In this document: positions 18,129 through 25,603 of the stretch, piece after piece | Layout of the letters: each line of letters begins with the position of its first letter | How positions within the stretch are numbered: the stretch's first letter is position 1 | Assembly: GCA_037444405.1 (NCBI GenBank) | Contig: JBBIML010000006.1 | Location: forward strand, 1 to 64,000 | Direction: 5' to 3' | From: Armatimonadota bacterium | Lineage (GTDB): Bacteria; Armatimonadota; Fimbriimonadia; Fimbriimonadales; GBS-DC | DNA: 64,000 nt | Position numbers and translations under genes: made by a program | The notes under the pieces: model-generated | The model's input: the letters and a program-made list of their open reading frames with translations, nothing else | The model's database searches: none | What the model was told of the DNA's origin: nothing

Positions 18129-19063
18129 AGTTTCACCCCCTTCCGAAGGTTCCGAAGCGGGCTATGCTGGGCATGCGCCTGCTTCAGGTCGGCTTCCACG
18201 AGAGCAAGGTACTGGCGTAGCACCGTGTAATCCGAGTGCCCCATGAGCAGGCGCAGGTGTTCGAGGTCTATGCCGTTGCGAAGACTCCATGTTGCGAAGG
18301 TACGGCGAAAGGCGTGCGCACCGAGTGGTGTAATACCTGCCCGTTTCCCGATAGCCTTGATGGTGTTTTTCAGCCCGTTCAGGGTCAGCGCCCCTTTCTC
18401 GCCCTGCCACAAAGAGGAAGATTCGGCGAGTGGGCGGGGGCACGCTTTCAGGTAGCGGGTTATCGCGAGTCGGACTTCAGGCGACAGGAACACCATGCGC
18501 TGTTTCCCGCCCTTGCCACGAATCAGCACGGTTCCCTGCCGGGCGTCGCCGACGGTGAGCTGATGGGCTTCGTGAATGCGTAGCCCCGTGTCTAAGAGAA
18601 GCAACACGAGCGCCCTATCACGGAGTCGCAGCCAGTGCTTCCCCTCGCAGGCGTTCAGAATCTGCTCTACCTGTTCGGGCGTTAGGGCGGGTTTCAGTTT
18701 CGGCGGGGCTTTCGGCTTCTCCAGCGTTGCGAAGGGGTTATTCTCGGTCAGGCGCTCACGGACACACCAGCGCCAGAAAACCGCCGAGAAGGTGAAGCTG
18801 TTATGCACGGTTTTTTCCGAAAGCCCCTGCTGGCGTCGGTAAATCAGCCACCTGCGAATGTGCTGGGGCTTCACCTCGTCAAGGTCTTTCACGCCACAGT
18901 GGGCGAGAAAGTCAATAAACGGCTGAAGATAGTATCGGTAGCAGGTTATCGTGTTCGGGCTACATCCCTTAGCCGCCAGCGACTCAAGCCATATCTCTAG
19001 CGCCTGCTGTAGCGCACTCTCATGGGCTGTGATTCGAAGCGTGATTCTATCGCTGTGGAACAT
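18125..19063 (-). CDS. Tyrosine recombinase/integrase
   Basis: N-terminal SAM-like domain. Catalytic residues R (TGLRIHE), K (GKGGK), HxxR (HAFRR), H (MGH) and Y (RQY). Confidence 0.95.
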   Translation of the reverse strand: MFHSDRITLRITAHESALQQALEIWLESLAAKGCSPNTITCYRYYLQPFIDFLAHCGVKDLDEVKPQHIRRWLIYRRQQGLSEKTVHNSFTFSAVFWRWCVRERLTENNPFATLEKPKAPPKLKPALTPEQVEQILNACEGKHWLRLRDRALVLLLLDTGLRIHEAHQLTVGDARQGTVLIRGKGGKQRMVFLSPEVRLAITRYLKACPRPLAESSSLWQGEKGALTLNGLKNTIKAIGKRAGITPLGAHAFRRTFATWSLRNGIDLEHLRLLMGHSDYTVLRQYLALVEADLKQAHAQHSPLRNLRKGVKL

Positions 19064-19135
19064 AGCACCCTCCATTCGCGGGGCTGGCAGGGCGCGTTAT
19101 AGTGTGGGTTTCGAAAGTCGAGGTACAGCAGGTAT

Positions 19136-19211
19136 GGGGCGGTAGCTCAGCTGGGAGAGCGCTAGAATCGCACTCTAGAGGTCGGGGGTTCGAATCCCCT
19201 CCGCTCCACCA
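19136..19211 (+). tRNA. tRNA-Ala(CGC), copy 2 (attR), identical and full length
   Basis: Identical 76 nt to 13704-13779. Confidence 0.95.
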
Positions 19212-19324
19212 TAGAGTATGCCTTTCCCGCAACACCACCATAAGACCCCCATATCTTGCGTTCACGCCTGCTCCGCTCAGGAGCGGCACTACGGCAGAGA
19301 ACACTAAAATCACATCCCCTCTTC

Positions 19325-19355
19325 TGGAGTGCGGAAGCGGGGCTTCCGCACTCCA
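19325..19355. repeat. REP-like palindrome, GAGTGCGGAAGC family
   Basis: TGGAGTGCGGAAGC-GGG-GCTTCCGCACTCCA. Related copies at ~21119-21149 and 25506-25603. Confidence 0.8.
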
Positions 19356-19357
19356 TA

Positions 19358-20935
19358 TCATATCTCCAGCTCAGGCTGGCAGCTCTCCACCTGAACCCGC
19401 TCCGCTGGCTGCACACCTGCCAGCAACGCCGCCGCAGGGATTTCAAACCCCCTGCCTTCAAGCAACTCCCCAACCGTGCGCATCTGCAGCCGCTGGAGCC
19501 GAAAGTTCCCCAGCGGTGTCGTGTAAAACCCCGCCTGCTCCGCCTCCCGAACCATCTCCCGCGTCGGCGGCTCCAGCGTGATAAAAAGCCCCAGCGTCGC
19601 CCGCTCCCGCTCCAGCACGCCCCGAAAGTCGCGAATATCTTTCACCCCCACGCGCCCGCTCTTGACCTGTATCACCACCTTTTTCGGATGCTCGCGCGGG
19701 TTGTCCGTAAAATGGAGCATCCCGTCAATCCCCGTGTCGGCGCCCTTCTTCTGCTGATAGGGGAACGCTCGCGGAATCAGCCCGATTGCCCACTTCTGGA
19801 ACTCGTCGCGGTCTTGCAACGCGAGCGCACGGGCGTCGTCTACCGTCGTGGGTTCGCCAATCACGCGGTAATCTTTGCCTTCCTTGAGGTCAAGCATATC
19901 GCTGAGGCGGTACTTGATGAGCGCAATCGCGAGGTGGGTGATGTCGATGCCGATCCACTGGCGTTTGAGTTTGTGGGCAGCCACGACGGCGGTTCCGCAA
20001 CCGCAGAAGGGGTCTAAAACAATATCGCCCTCGTTGCTGGACGCCTGGATGATGCGCTCCAGCAGGGCAAGCGGCTTCTGCGTGGGATAGCCGAGGCGTT
20101 CTTTTCCAATATGCATCGCATCAGGAATATCAAACCATGTATTGCCTACAAGATATTTCTCAAAAACTCTCTCGCCATCAGTTTCTAAGAAGTACTTGAT
20201 ACGAATACTTCCTGTTCGGGTGCGATATATTCGCCCTTCTGCCTCAAGCTGGCGTATTGACTCGTCCGTGTAATCACCGCGAGAGGCTGTTTTGAACCAG
20301 CGTCCCTGTTCATCCTGCCTAAATCCTGCCTTTCGCGCCTCTTCGAGGGAATATGCACGATAAATATACTGGCGGTTAAAAACATGTAGACCTTCAGATT
20401 TAGAATACATCAGTATAATATCATGATTTCGTCCGAACTGACGTGCTACAGCTTTTGCGCCCCGCCCCCCATAGTGCCACACAATCTCATTCCGAAAGTT
20501 CCGCGCCCCGAAAATCACATCCAGCATCACCTTCAAATAATGACTCGCCGTCGGGTCGCAGTGCAGGTACAGGCTCCCCGTTGGCTTCAGCACGCGGTGC
20601 AGCTCCACCAGCCGCGGCGCCATCATCACCAGATACGCCGTGACTTCGTTTCGCCCCAAAGTGCGCACGAACCCCTGCAACAGCTCCACCAGCGTGGGCA
20701 GCGGGCAGGTCTCGCAAAACTCCACATAGGCGCGTTCGCTCCACTGCCAGGTGTCGGTGAAGGCTTTGATTTGCGCCTGCGCCGGTTCGCCCGACTGCTC
20801 CCGAAACAATAGGTTATAATCGCGCTGGCTGTTGAACGGGGGGTCTAAATAAATCAGGTCTACGCTCTCGTCCCCGATATATTTGCGCAGGACCTCCAGA
20901 TTATCGCCGTAGTAAAGCGTGTTGACAGGGTGCAT
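19358..20935 (-). CDS. Beta-class N6A/N4C DNA methyltransferase with C-terminal Mrr-like domain
   Basis: DLIYLDPPF (motif IV), YPTQKP, VLDPFCGCGT (motif I), C-terminal 'GIDG...VVIQVKSG'. Confidence 0.9.
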   Translation of the reverse strand: MHPVNTLYYGDNLEVLRKYIGDESVDLIYLDPPFNSQRDYNLLFREQSGEPAQAQIKAFTDTWQWSERAYVEFCETCPLPTLVELLQGFVRTLGRNEVTAYLVMMAPRLVELHRVLKPTGSLYLHCDPTASHYLKVMLDVIFGARNFRNEIVWHYGGRGAKAVARQFGRNHDIILMYSKSEGLHVFNRQYIYRAYSLEEARKAGFRQDEQGRWFKTASRGDYTDESIRQLEAEGRIYRTRTGSIRIKYFLETDGERVFEKYLVGNTWFDIPDAMHIGKERLGYPTQKPLALLERIIQASSNEGDIVLDPFCGCGTAVVAAHKLKRQWIGIDITHLAIALIKYRLSDMLDLKEGKDYRVIGEPTTVDDARALALQDRDEFQKWAIGLIPRAFPYQQKKGADTGIDGMLHFTDNPREHPKKVVIQVKSGRVGVKDIRDFRGVLERERATLGLFITLEPPTREMVREAEQAGFYTTPLGNFRLQRLQMRTVGELLEGRGFEIPAAALLAGVQPAERVQVESCQPELEI

Positions 20936-20965
20936 GGCAGTAGAGATTGTACCTGATGGGTTCTG

Positions 20966-21149
20966 GTAGGGGCGACGCATGCGTCGCTCCTACGCTGATG
21001 GTGCGCCCGTACGGCTGTGCGCCCGTGCGGTGGATATGCGGGTAGGGGCGCACGGACGTGCGCCCCTACCTGTCCCCCGCCCTTGCAGGTTCCCCCTCGC
21101 TTCAGCGTCGGGCAAAGGTGGTGCGGAAGCGCAGCTTCCACAGTCCATA
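20966..21149. repeat. Cluster of GTAG-type REP palindromes
   Basis: GTAGGGGCGACGCATGCGTCGCTCCTAC (20966-20993), GTAGGGGCGCACGGACGTGCGCCCCTAC (21042-21069) and degenerate copies. Confidence 0.8.
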
Positions 21150-21219
21150 CACGCAGGAAAATGGTAACGCGCGCTGTATCTATAAAAGCGCAGTCTCTGT
21201 CAGAGGAGGTTAAACAGCG

Positions 21220-21945
21220 ATGAGAAGGCAGGGTGGTATCCGATGGGGCTTGATGCTGCTGCTCGTGATCGTGCTGGGCGGTCTGGCAGGCGGCGGCATC
21301 TGGTGGTGGAAGGAGCGCAATCGCGAGTACCTGCTGCGCTTCCAGCCCAAAGTGGGCGACACCATGCGCTACTTCTTCGAGATGAATATGTCTGCGCAGG
21401 GTCAAAGCATGCAGATTTCGTTCTTCGTCACCCAGAAGGTTCTTCAGGTACAGAAGGACTGGCAGATAAAGATTGAGTCGCGCATGGAAAGCGGAGTGAT
21501 GAATATGGGTGGTCAGAGCGTACCAATGCCATCCATGCCCCCGCAGGTTGAAATCTACCGCCCCACTGGCAAGTCGAAGCGATCAGCCAGAGTAGCAAGT
21601 CCGATAGCAGGCTTCGTGGAGACTGGTTACCCTGAAAAGCCTGTCAAAATCGGCTCCGTATGGAGCGAGCGACAATCCGCTCAGGGCACCGCTATCGAAA
21701 CCGAGTGTAAGGTTGTTGGTCGCGAGCGCAAGCGCAATCGGGACACGCTCAAAATCGCCGTGACGGTCAGGGATGTATCCAATCCGTCGAGCCCGATTCT
21801 GATGCTGTCGGGACATCAGTGGGTCGATCTGGAGAAAGGGATCCCTGTGCAGGTCGATGCGCAATTGCATCAGGTGCGTTTACCGTGGGGTCAGGTGCAG
21901 AATATGCAGGGAACAGTCAAAATGTATATTGTTTCTGGAACATAA
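21220..21945 (+). CDS. Membrane-anchored beta-rich exported protein
   Basis: N-terminal TM, 'LRFQPKVGDT.RY', 'PEKPVKIGSVW'. GAGGAGG RBS. Confidence 0.75.
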   Translation: MRRQGGIRWGLMLLLVIVLGGLAGGGIWWWKERNREYLLRFQPKVGDTMRYFFEMNMSAQGQSMQISFFVTQKVLQVQKDWQIKIESRMESGVMNMGGQSVPMPSMPPQVEIYRPTGKSKRSARVASPIAGFVETGYPEKPVKIGSVWSERQSAQGTAIETECKVVGRERKRNRDTLKIAVTVRDVSNPSSPILMLSGHQWVDLEKGIPVQVDAQLHQVRLPWGQVQNMQGTVKMYIVSGT

Positions 21946-21961
21946 GCGCTGTCAGGGTGGG

Positions 21962-22738
21962 TCAGCTCTTCTCTTTGAGCGCGAGCAGTTTGCGGGCGAA
22001 GCGCGGGATTGCCTGCGCTGGCGGGTCCGTGTACTCGTACTCGATGGAGAGGTAGCCGCGATAGCCTGACTGCTTCAGGATGGCGACAATCCGTTCATAA
22101 TCGAGTTCCACGAAGGCGCCCTGCGGCGTGCGGTAGTGGGTCTTGGCATGCACATTCACCGCGTGGGGCGCCAGCATCTCGATCTGGCGGTAGTGCTGGT
22201 CAGAGAAGTTGGCGCAGTCCAGCAGCAGCCCGAAGTAGTCGCTTTTGAGAGCCTGCACGAAGCGGAGTGTTTTCTCGGCGGTAGCGGTCAACCCTCCGTG
22301 ATTTTCGAGCGCGAGCGTGACGCCCTGCGCTTCGGCGTAGGGCAGCACCTGTCGGAAGCCCTCGATAGCCCACTCCAGCGCGGTGGATTCGGGCACGCCT
22401 TCGGGGTAGCGGTCGGCGAACACGCGCAGGAAGGGCGCGCCGAGCGCGACCGCGATATCGATCCACTGTTTCACCCGCTCCACTTCGGCTTTGCGCTGGT
22501 CGGGGTCGGGCAGGGTGAACTGGTTGCGCATCGCCACGCCCGACACCTGCAGTCCGAGCCGAAAGCAGAGCCGCTTGAGGCTGTTCAGGGTGGAGCGTTG
22601 CGTGTCGGGAAAGTAGTAGCCCGTCAGCTCCACCCCGTCCAGCCGCATGTCGGCGCAGACGCGGATAAAATCGGCGAGGCTCATCTCCCCGCGCGTGAGC
22701 GCGTCCCGATACGAGTAGGCGCAGCAGCCGATCTTCAT
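21962..22738 (-). CDS. Sugar phosphate isomerase/epimerase (xylose isomerase-like TIM barrel)
   Basis: LALENHGG, LDCAN, VHAK, GYRGYLSIEYE. Confidence 0.9.
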   Translation of the reverse strand: MKIGCCAYSYRDALTRGEMSLADFIRVCADMRLDGVELTGYYFPDTQRSTLNSLKRLCFRLGLQVSGVAMRNQFTLPDPDQRKAEVERVKQWIDIAVALGAPFLRVFADRYPEGVPESTALEWAIEGFRQVLPYAEAQGVTLALENHGGLTATAEKTLRFVQALKSDYFGLLLDCANFSDQHYRQIEMLAPHAVNVHAKTHYRTPQGAFVELDYERIVAILKQSGYRGYLSIEYEYTDPPAQAIPRFARKLLALKEKS

Positions 22739-24481
22739 CTACTCGCCCGATGCGCCAAAGTTGAACAGCACAATCAGCAGGTCAGCGTCGTCCACGGTGC
22801 CATCGCCGTTCACATCGGCGGAGGCGTCGCTGCCGCCGAAGGCGAACAGCACGGCTAACAGGTCGGCATCATCGATGGTGTTATCGTCGTTCACATCGCC
22901 GGGCGTCATGCTGAAGTTGAGCGTGGTGGTTCCCACGATGCTCATCGGGCTGAAAGCGCGCGCCAGCACGCGCGGCGCTTTGACCCGCATGCGCCACAGC
23001 CCTGCGTTCGGCACGCTCGCCGAATAGCTGCCGTCGGGATTGACCGTCGCGCTGGTGGTCTGCGCCACTGTGCCCGTGAGGGGGTCAATCAGCTGGAAGC
23101 TCAGCACGATGGGGTTCACCGTGCCCACATAGCCGCTGATGGCGACTGTGCCCTGCAAGGTGGTGGGTCGATTCTCGGTGGAGAGCCAGACCTCCCACTC
23201 GGTGTCGGCGGCGTTGCGGGCAGCCCACAGAATCTGGCGATTCGCGTTGACCGCGATCACGAGGCTCTCGGCGTTGCGCCCCAGCGCCTGCTGGGTGAGG
23301 TTAATGCTGCCGTTGCTGCTCCAGCGATAGTAGAACAGGTTCACCTTGTTGGCGATGGCGCTGCTGGAGCCGACCCACACCGCGTTGCCGTTATCGAACA
23401 CCGCGTAGCCGTTGCTCTGGCGTGCGCCCGACGAGCCGAGCGCCAGCACGCTCACATTGCGCGTGGCGGCGGGGCTGAGCTGGGAGACAAACACATCGTA
23501 GTTATAGCTGGTGCCTTGTCCCTGCCCTTCCCACAGCGCGTAGTTGCCCGCGATTGCCACAGGCAGCGAGTCGCGACTATTGCCCAGCGCTCCGCTGGAA
23601 AGGTTGGTGCTGTTCACAAAGGTGTCAAAATAGTTGCCTGTCGCGCTGGAGCGACCCTGCCACAACACATCGGCGCCATCCATGTCATAGGCGGTGGCGT
23701 CGCGCACGCCTGATCCGAGCGGTCCACTGCTGATGTTGACCGCGTTGCGGAACACATCCACATTTCCGCCTGTGCTGCTGCCGCCGCCGTACCAGAGGAC
23801 ATTGCCCGAATCGCTGATTTCGACGGCGACCGCAAAGCGCGAGGTGCCCAATACCGACTGACTGATGTTGGTGGTGCTGAGCGTGTTCAGATCGGTGCGG
23901 AACACATCGCGGTTCGCCCCGATGTTGTCGCCTGTGCCGTCCCACAGCAGTTCGTTGCTGGCGTTGAGGGAGCCAGGAAAGGCGTCGCGATTGGTGCCCA
24001 GCAGGGCGGCGGTGATGTTGGTGCTGCCAACAAAGATGTCCAGCAAACCGCCGTTGTTGTCGCCCGCGCCGTACCAGACGGGCTGACCCGTGCTGGTGAA
24101 CCGAAACGCGAACGCGACGCGATTGCCGCCCAGCACCGACTGGCTGATGTTGGTGGTGTCCACGAACACATCAACGAAACCACCCGTCGCCGTGCCAGAC
24201 CCCTCCCACAGCAACTCGCCGCTGGGACCGATGTCAAAGGGGTTCGCCTCCCGATTGCTGCCCAGCACCGTCGCCGTGAAGTTATTGAGGCTGGTGATGT
24301 AGAAGATGTCCTGATCCGATGAACCCGTTAATTTGCCTGACCACGCAGGGATGCCGCTGGCGGACAGGATGCCGAAACCAATCTCGCTGAAGCCCTGCCC
24401 GATACGCTGATGGGTAAAGGTCTGGGCATTACCTGCCGTCAACAGAGCTATCAACCCAAGCCATCCGATTGTTCGTCTCAT
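22739..24481 (-). CDS. Secreted repeat (beta-propeller-like) protein with C-terminal dockerin-like module
   Basis: Signal peptide, about 9 repeats 'DVF...NIS...LG..R......LW.G', and the DDADLL..LF.FG pair. Its TAG stop directly abuts the next ATG. Confidence 0.82.
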   Translation of the reverse strand: MRRTIGWLGLIALLTAGNAQTFTHQRIGQGFSEIGFGILSASGIPAWSGKLTGSSDQDIFYITSLNNFTATVLGSNREANPFDIGPSGELLWEGSGTATGGFVDVFVDTTNISQSVLGGNRVAFAFRFTSTGQPVWYGAGDNNGGLLDIFVGSTNITAALLGTNRDAFPGSLNASNELLWDGTGDNIGANRDVFRTDLNTLSTTNISQSVLGTSRFAVAVEISDSGNVLWYGGGSSTGGNVDVFRNAVNISSGPLGSGVRDATAYDMDGADVLWQGRSSATGNYFDTFVNSTNLSSGALGNSRDSLPVAIAGNYALWEGQGQGTSYNYDVFVSQLSPAATRNVSVLALGSSGARQSNGYAVFDNGNAVWVGSSSAIANKVNLFYYRWSSNGSINLTQQALGRNAESLVIAVNANRQILWAARNAADTEWEVWLSTENRPTTLQGTVAISGYVGTVNPIVLSFQLIDPLTGTVAQTTSATVNPDGSYSASVPNAGLWRMRVKAPRVLARAFSPMSIVGTTTLNFSMTPGDVNDDNTIDDADLLAVLFAFGGSDASADVNGDGTVDDADLLIVLFNFGASGE

Positions 24482-24594
24482 GTTCGTTCGGCTCCTTTCG
24501 GCGTGCAAATGTGCCCCGCCCGAAAACAGGCAGGGCGGCGGCACGCCCTCTATAGTATACCACACTTTTGCCCCCGCTGAAGGCGTCTCGCGTT

Positions 24595-25488
24595 TCAGGG
24601 CAGCGCGGTCTCATGGAACACGCGCCGCAGCGACACGCGCCAGATGAGCCATGTCGCCAGCAGCGTGATCAGGAACAGAATCCACGCCATCGCGCACGCA
24701 TGCCCCATCCGGAAGAACTGGAACGCATTCTGGAACAGATAGAGCGCGTAGAAGAGCGTGCTGTTTTCGGGACCGCCCTGCGTTGCGATGAAGGTCTGCG
24801 TGAAATATTGAAAAGTGCCTATCACGCCCACAATCACCATGTAGAGGATGACGGGCGAAATCTGGGGCAGGGTGATGTGGCGGATGAGCTGCCAGCTGTT
24901 CGCGCCGTCCAGCAGCGCCGCTTCGTACAGATGGCTCGGCACGCCTTGCAACGCCGCCAGATAGATGACCATCGTGCCGCCAATAGCCCACAGATCCATC
25001 ACGATAAAGCCCCATTTCGAAGTTGCCGGATCGGTGAACCAGTTGATAGGCTCCAGCCCGACGCGCACCAGCGCATGATTGAGCGGCGCCGCCAGCCCGT
25101 TCTGCGGGTTCAGCACCCACAGCCACAGAAACGCCGTCGCGACCGCTGGCACCACGCTCGGCACATAAAACAGCGTGCGATACAGCGCCTGACCCCGCAA
25201 CCTCAAATTGAGCAGGAGCGCCAGCCCGATGCCCAGCACCACGCTCAGCGGCACCTCAATCATGATGAACAGCGTGTTGAGCATCGAGCGCCAGAAGTAG
25301 TCGGGGTCGGTTAGCAAGCTGCGATAGTTCTCCAGCCCCACCCAGCGCGGCGCGCTCAGCACCCGATAGTCGCAGAAGCTCAGATAGAGCGTCGCCAGGA
25401 TAGGATAGAGCGTGAACAGCAGAAAGCCCGTCAGCCACGGCAACACGAACAGGTAGCCCCACAGCGTGCGCTGCCACTCCCGACTCAT
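24595..25488 (-). CDS. Carbohydrate ABC transporter permease
   Basis: EAA loop 'LYEAALLDGA', 'ITLPQISP', six TM segments. Confidence 0.92.
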   Translation of the reverse strand: MSREWQRTLWGYLFVLPWLTGFLLFTLYPILATLYLSFCDYRVLSAPRWVGLENYRSLLTDPDYFWRSMLNTLFIMIEVPLSVVLGIGLALLLNLRLRGQALYRTLFYVPSVVPAVATAFLWLWVLNPQNGLAAPLNHALVRVGLEPINWFTDPATSKWGFIVMDLWAIGGTMVIYLAALQGVPSHLYEAALLDGANSWQLIRHITLPQISPVILYMVIVGVIGTFQYFTQTFIATQGGPENSTLFYALYLFQNAFQFFRMGHACAMAWILFLITLLATWLIWRVSLRRVFHETALP

Positions 25489-25505
25489 TTTTCACCCTTC
25501 CAGAG

Positions 25506-25603
25506 CATACCTCTTTGAGTGCGGAAGCAGGGCTTCCGCACTCATATTAGCACCATACCTCTTTGAGTGCGGAAGCAGGGCTTCCGCATTCCATATTAGC
25601 ACC
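25506..25603. repeat. Tandem ~48-bp duplication containing the REP-like palindrome
   Basis: CATACCTCTTTGAGTGCGGAAGCAGGGCTTCCGCA... starts at 25506 and at 25554. Confidence 0.85.

Larger units (their letters stand above)
13703..19213. mobile_element. Integrated ~5.4 kb element (phage satellite / integrative plasmid-like) in tRNA-Ala
   Basis: 79-bp direct repeats at 13703-13781 and 19135-19213, tyrosine integrase next to the right repeat, and phage-type replication genes all on the minus strand. Confidence 0.9.

Noticed and set aside
13703..19213. Complete prophage or ICE
   Set aside because: No structural, packaging, lysis, relaxase or T4SS genes are recognisable, and the element is too small.
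13807..19240. ACACCACCA downstream of both tRNA copies as integrase arm sites
   Set aside because: It is only 9 bp, low complexity, and at different offsets, so it cannot be distinguished from chance.
25506..25603. Possible mini CRISPR array
   Set aside because: Only two units, the sequence between the palindromes is also duplicated (no unique spacer), and there are no cas genes. It is a tandem REP duplication.
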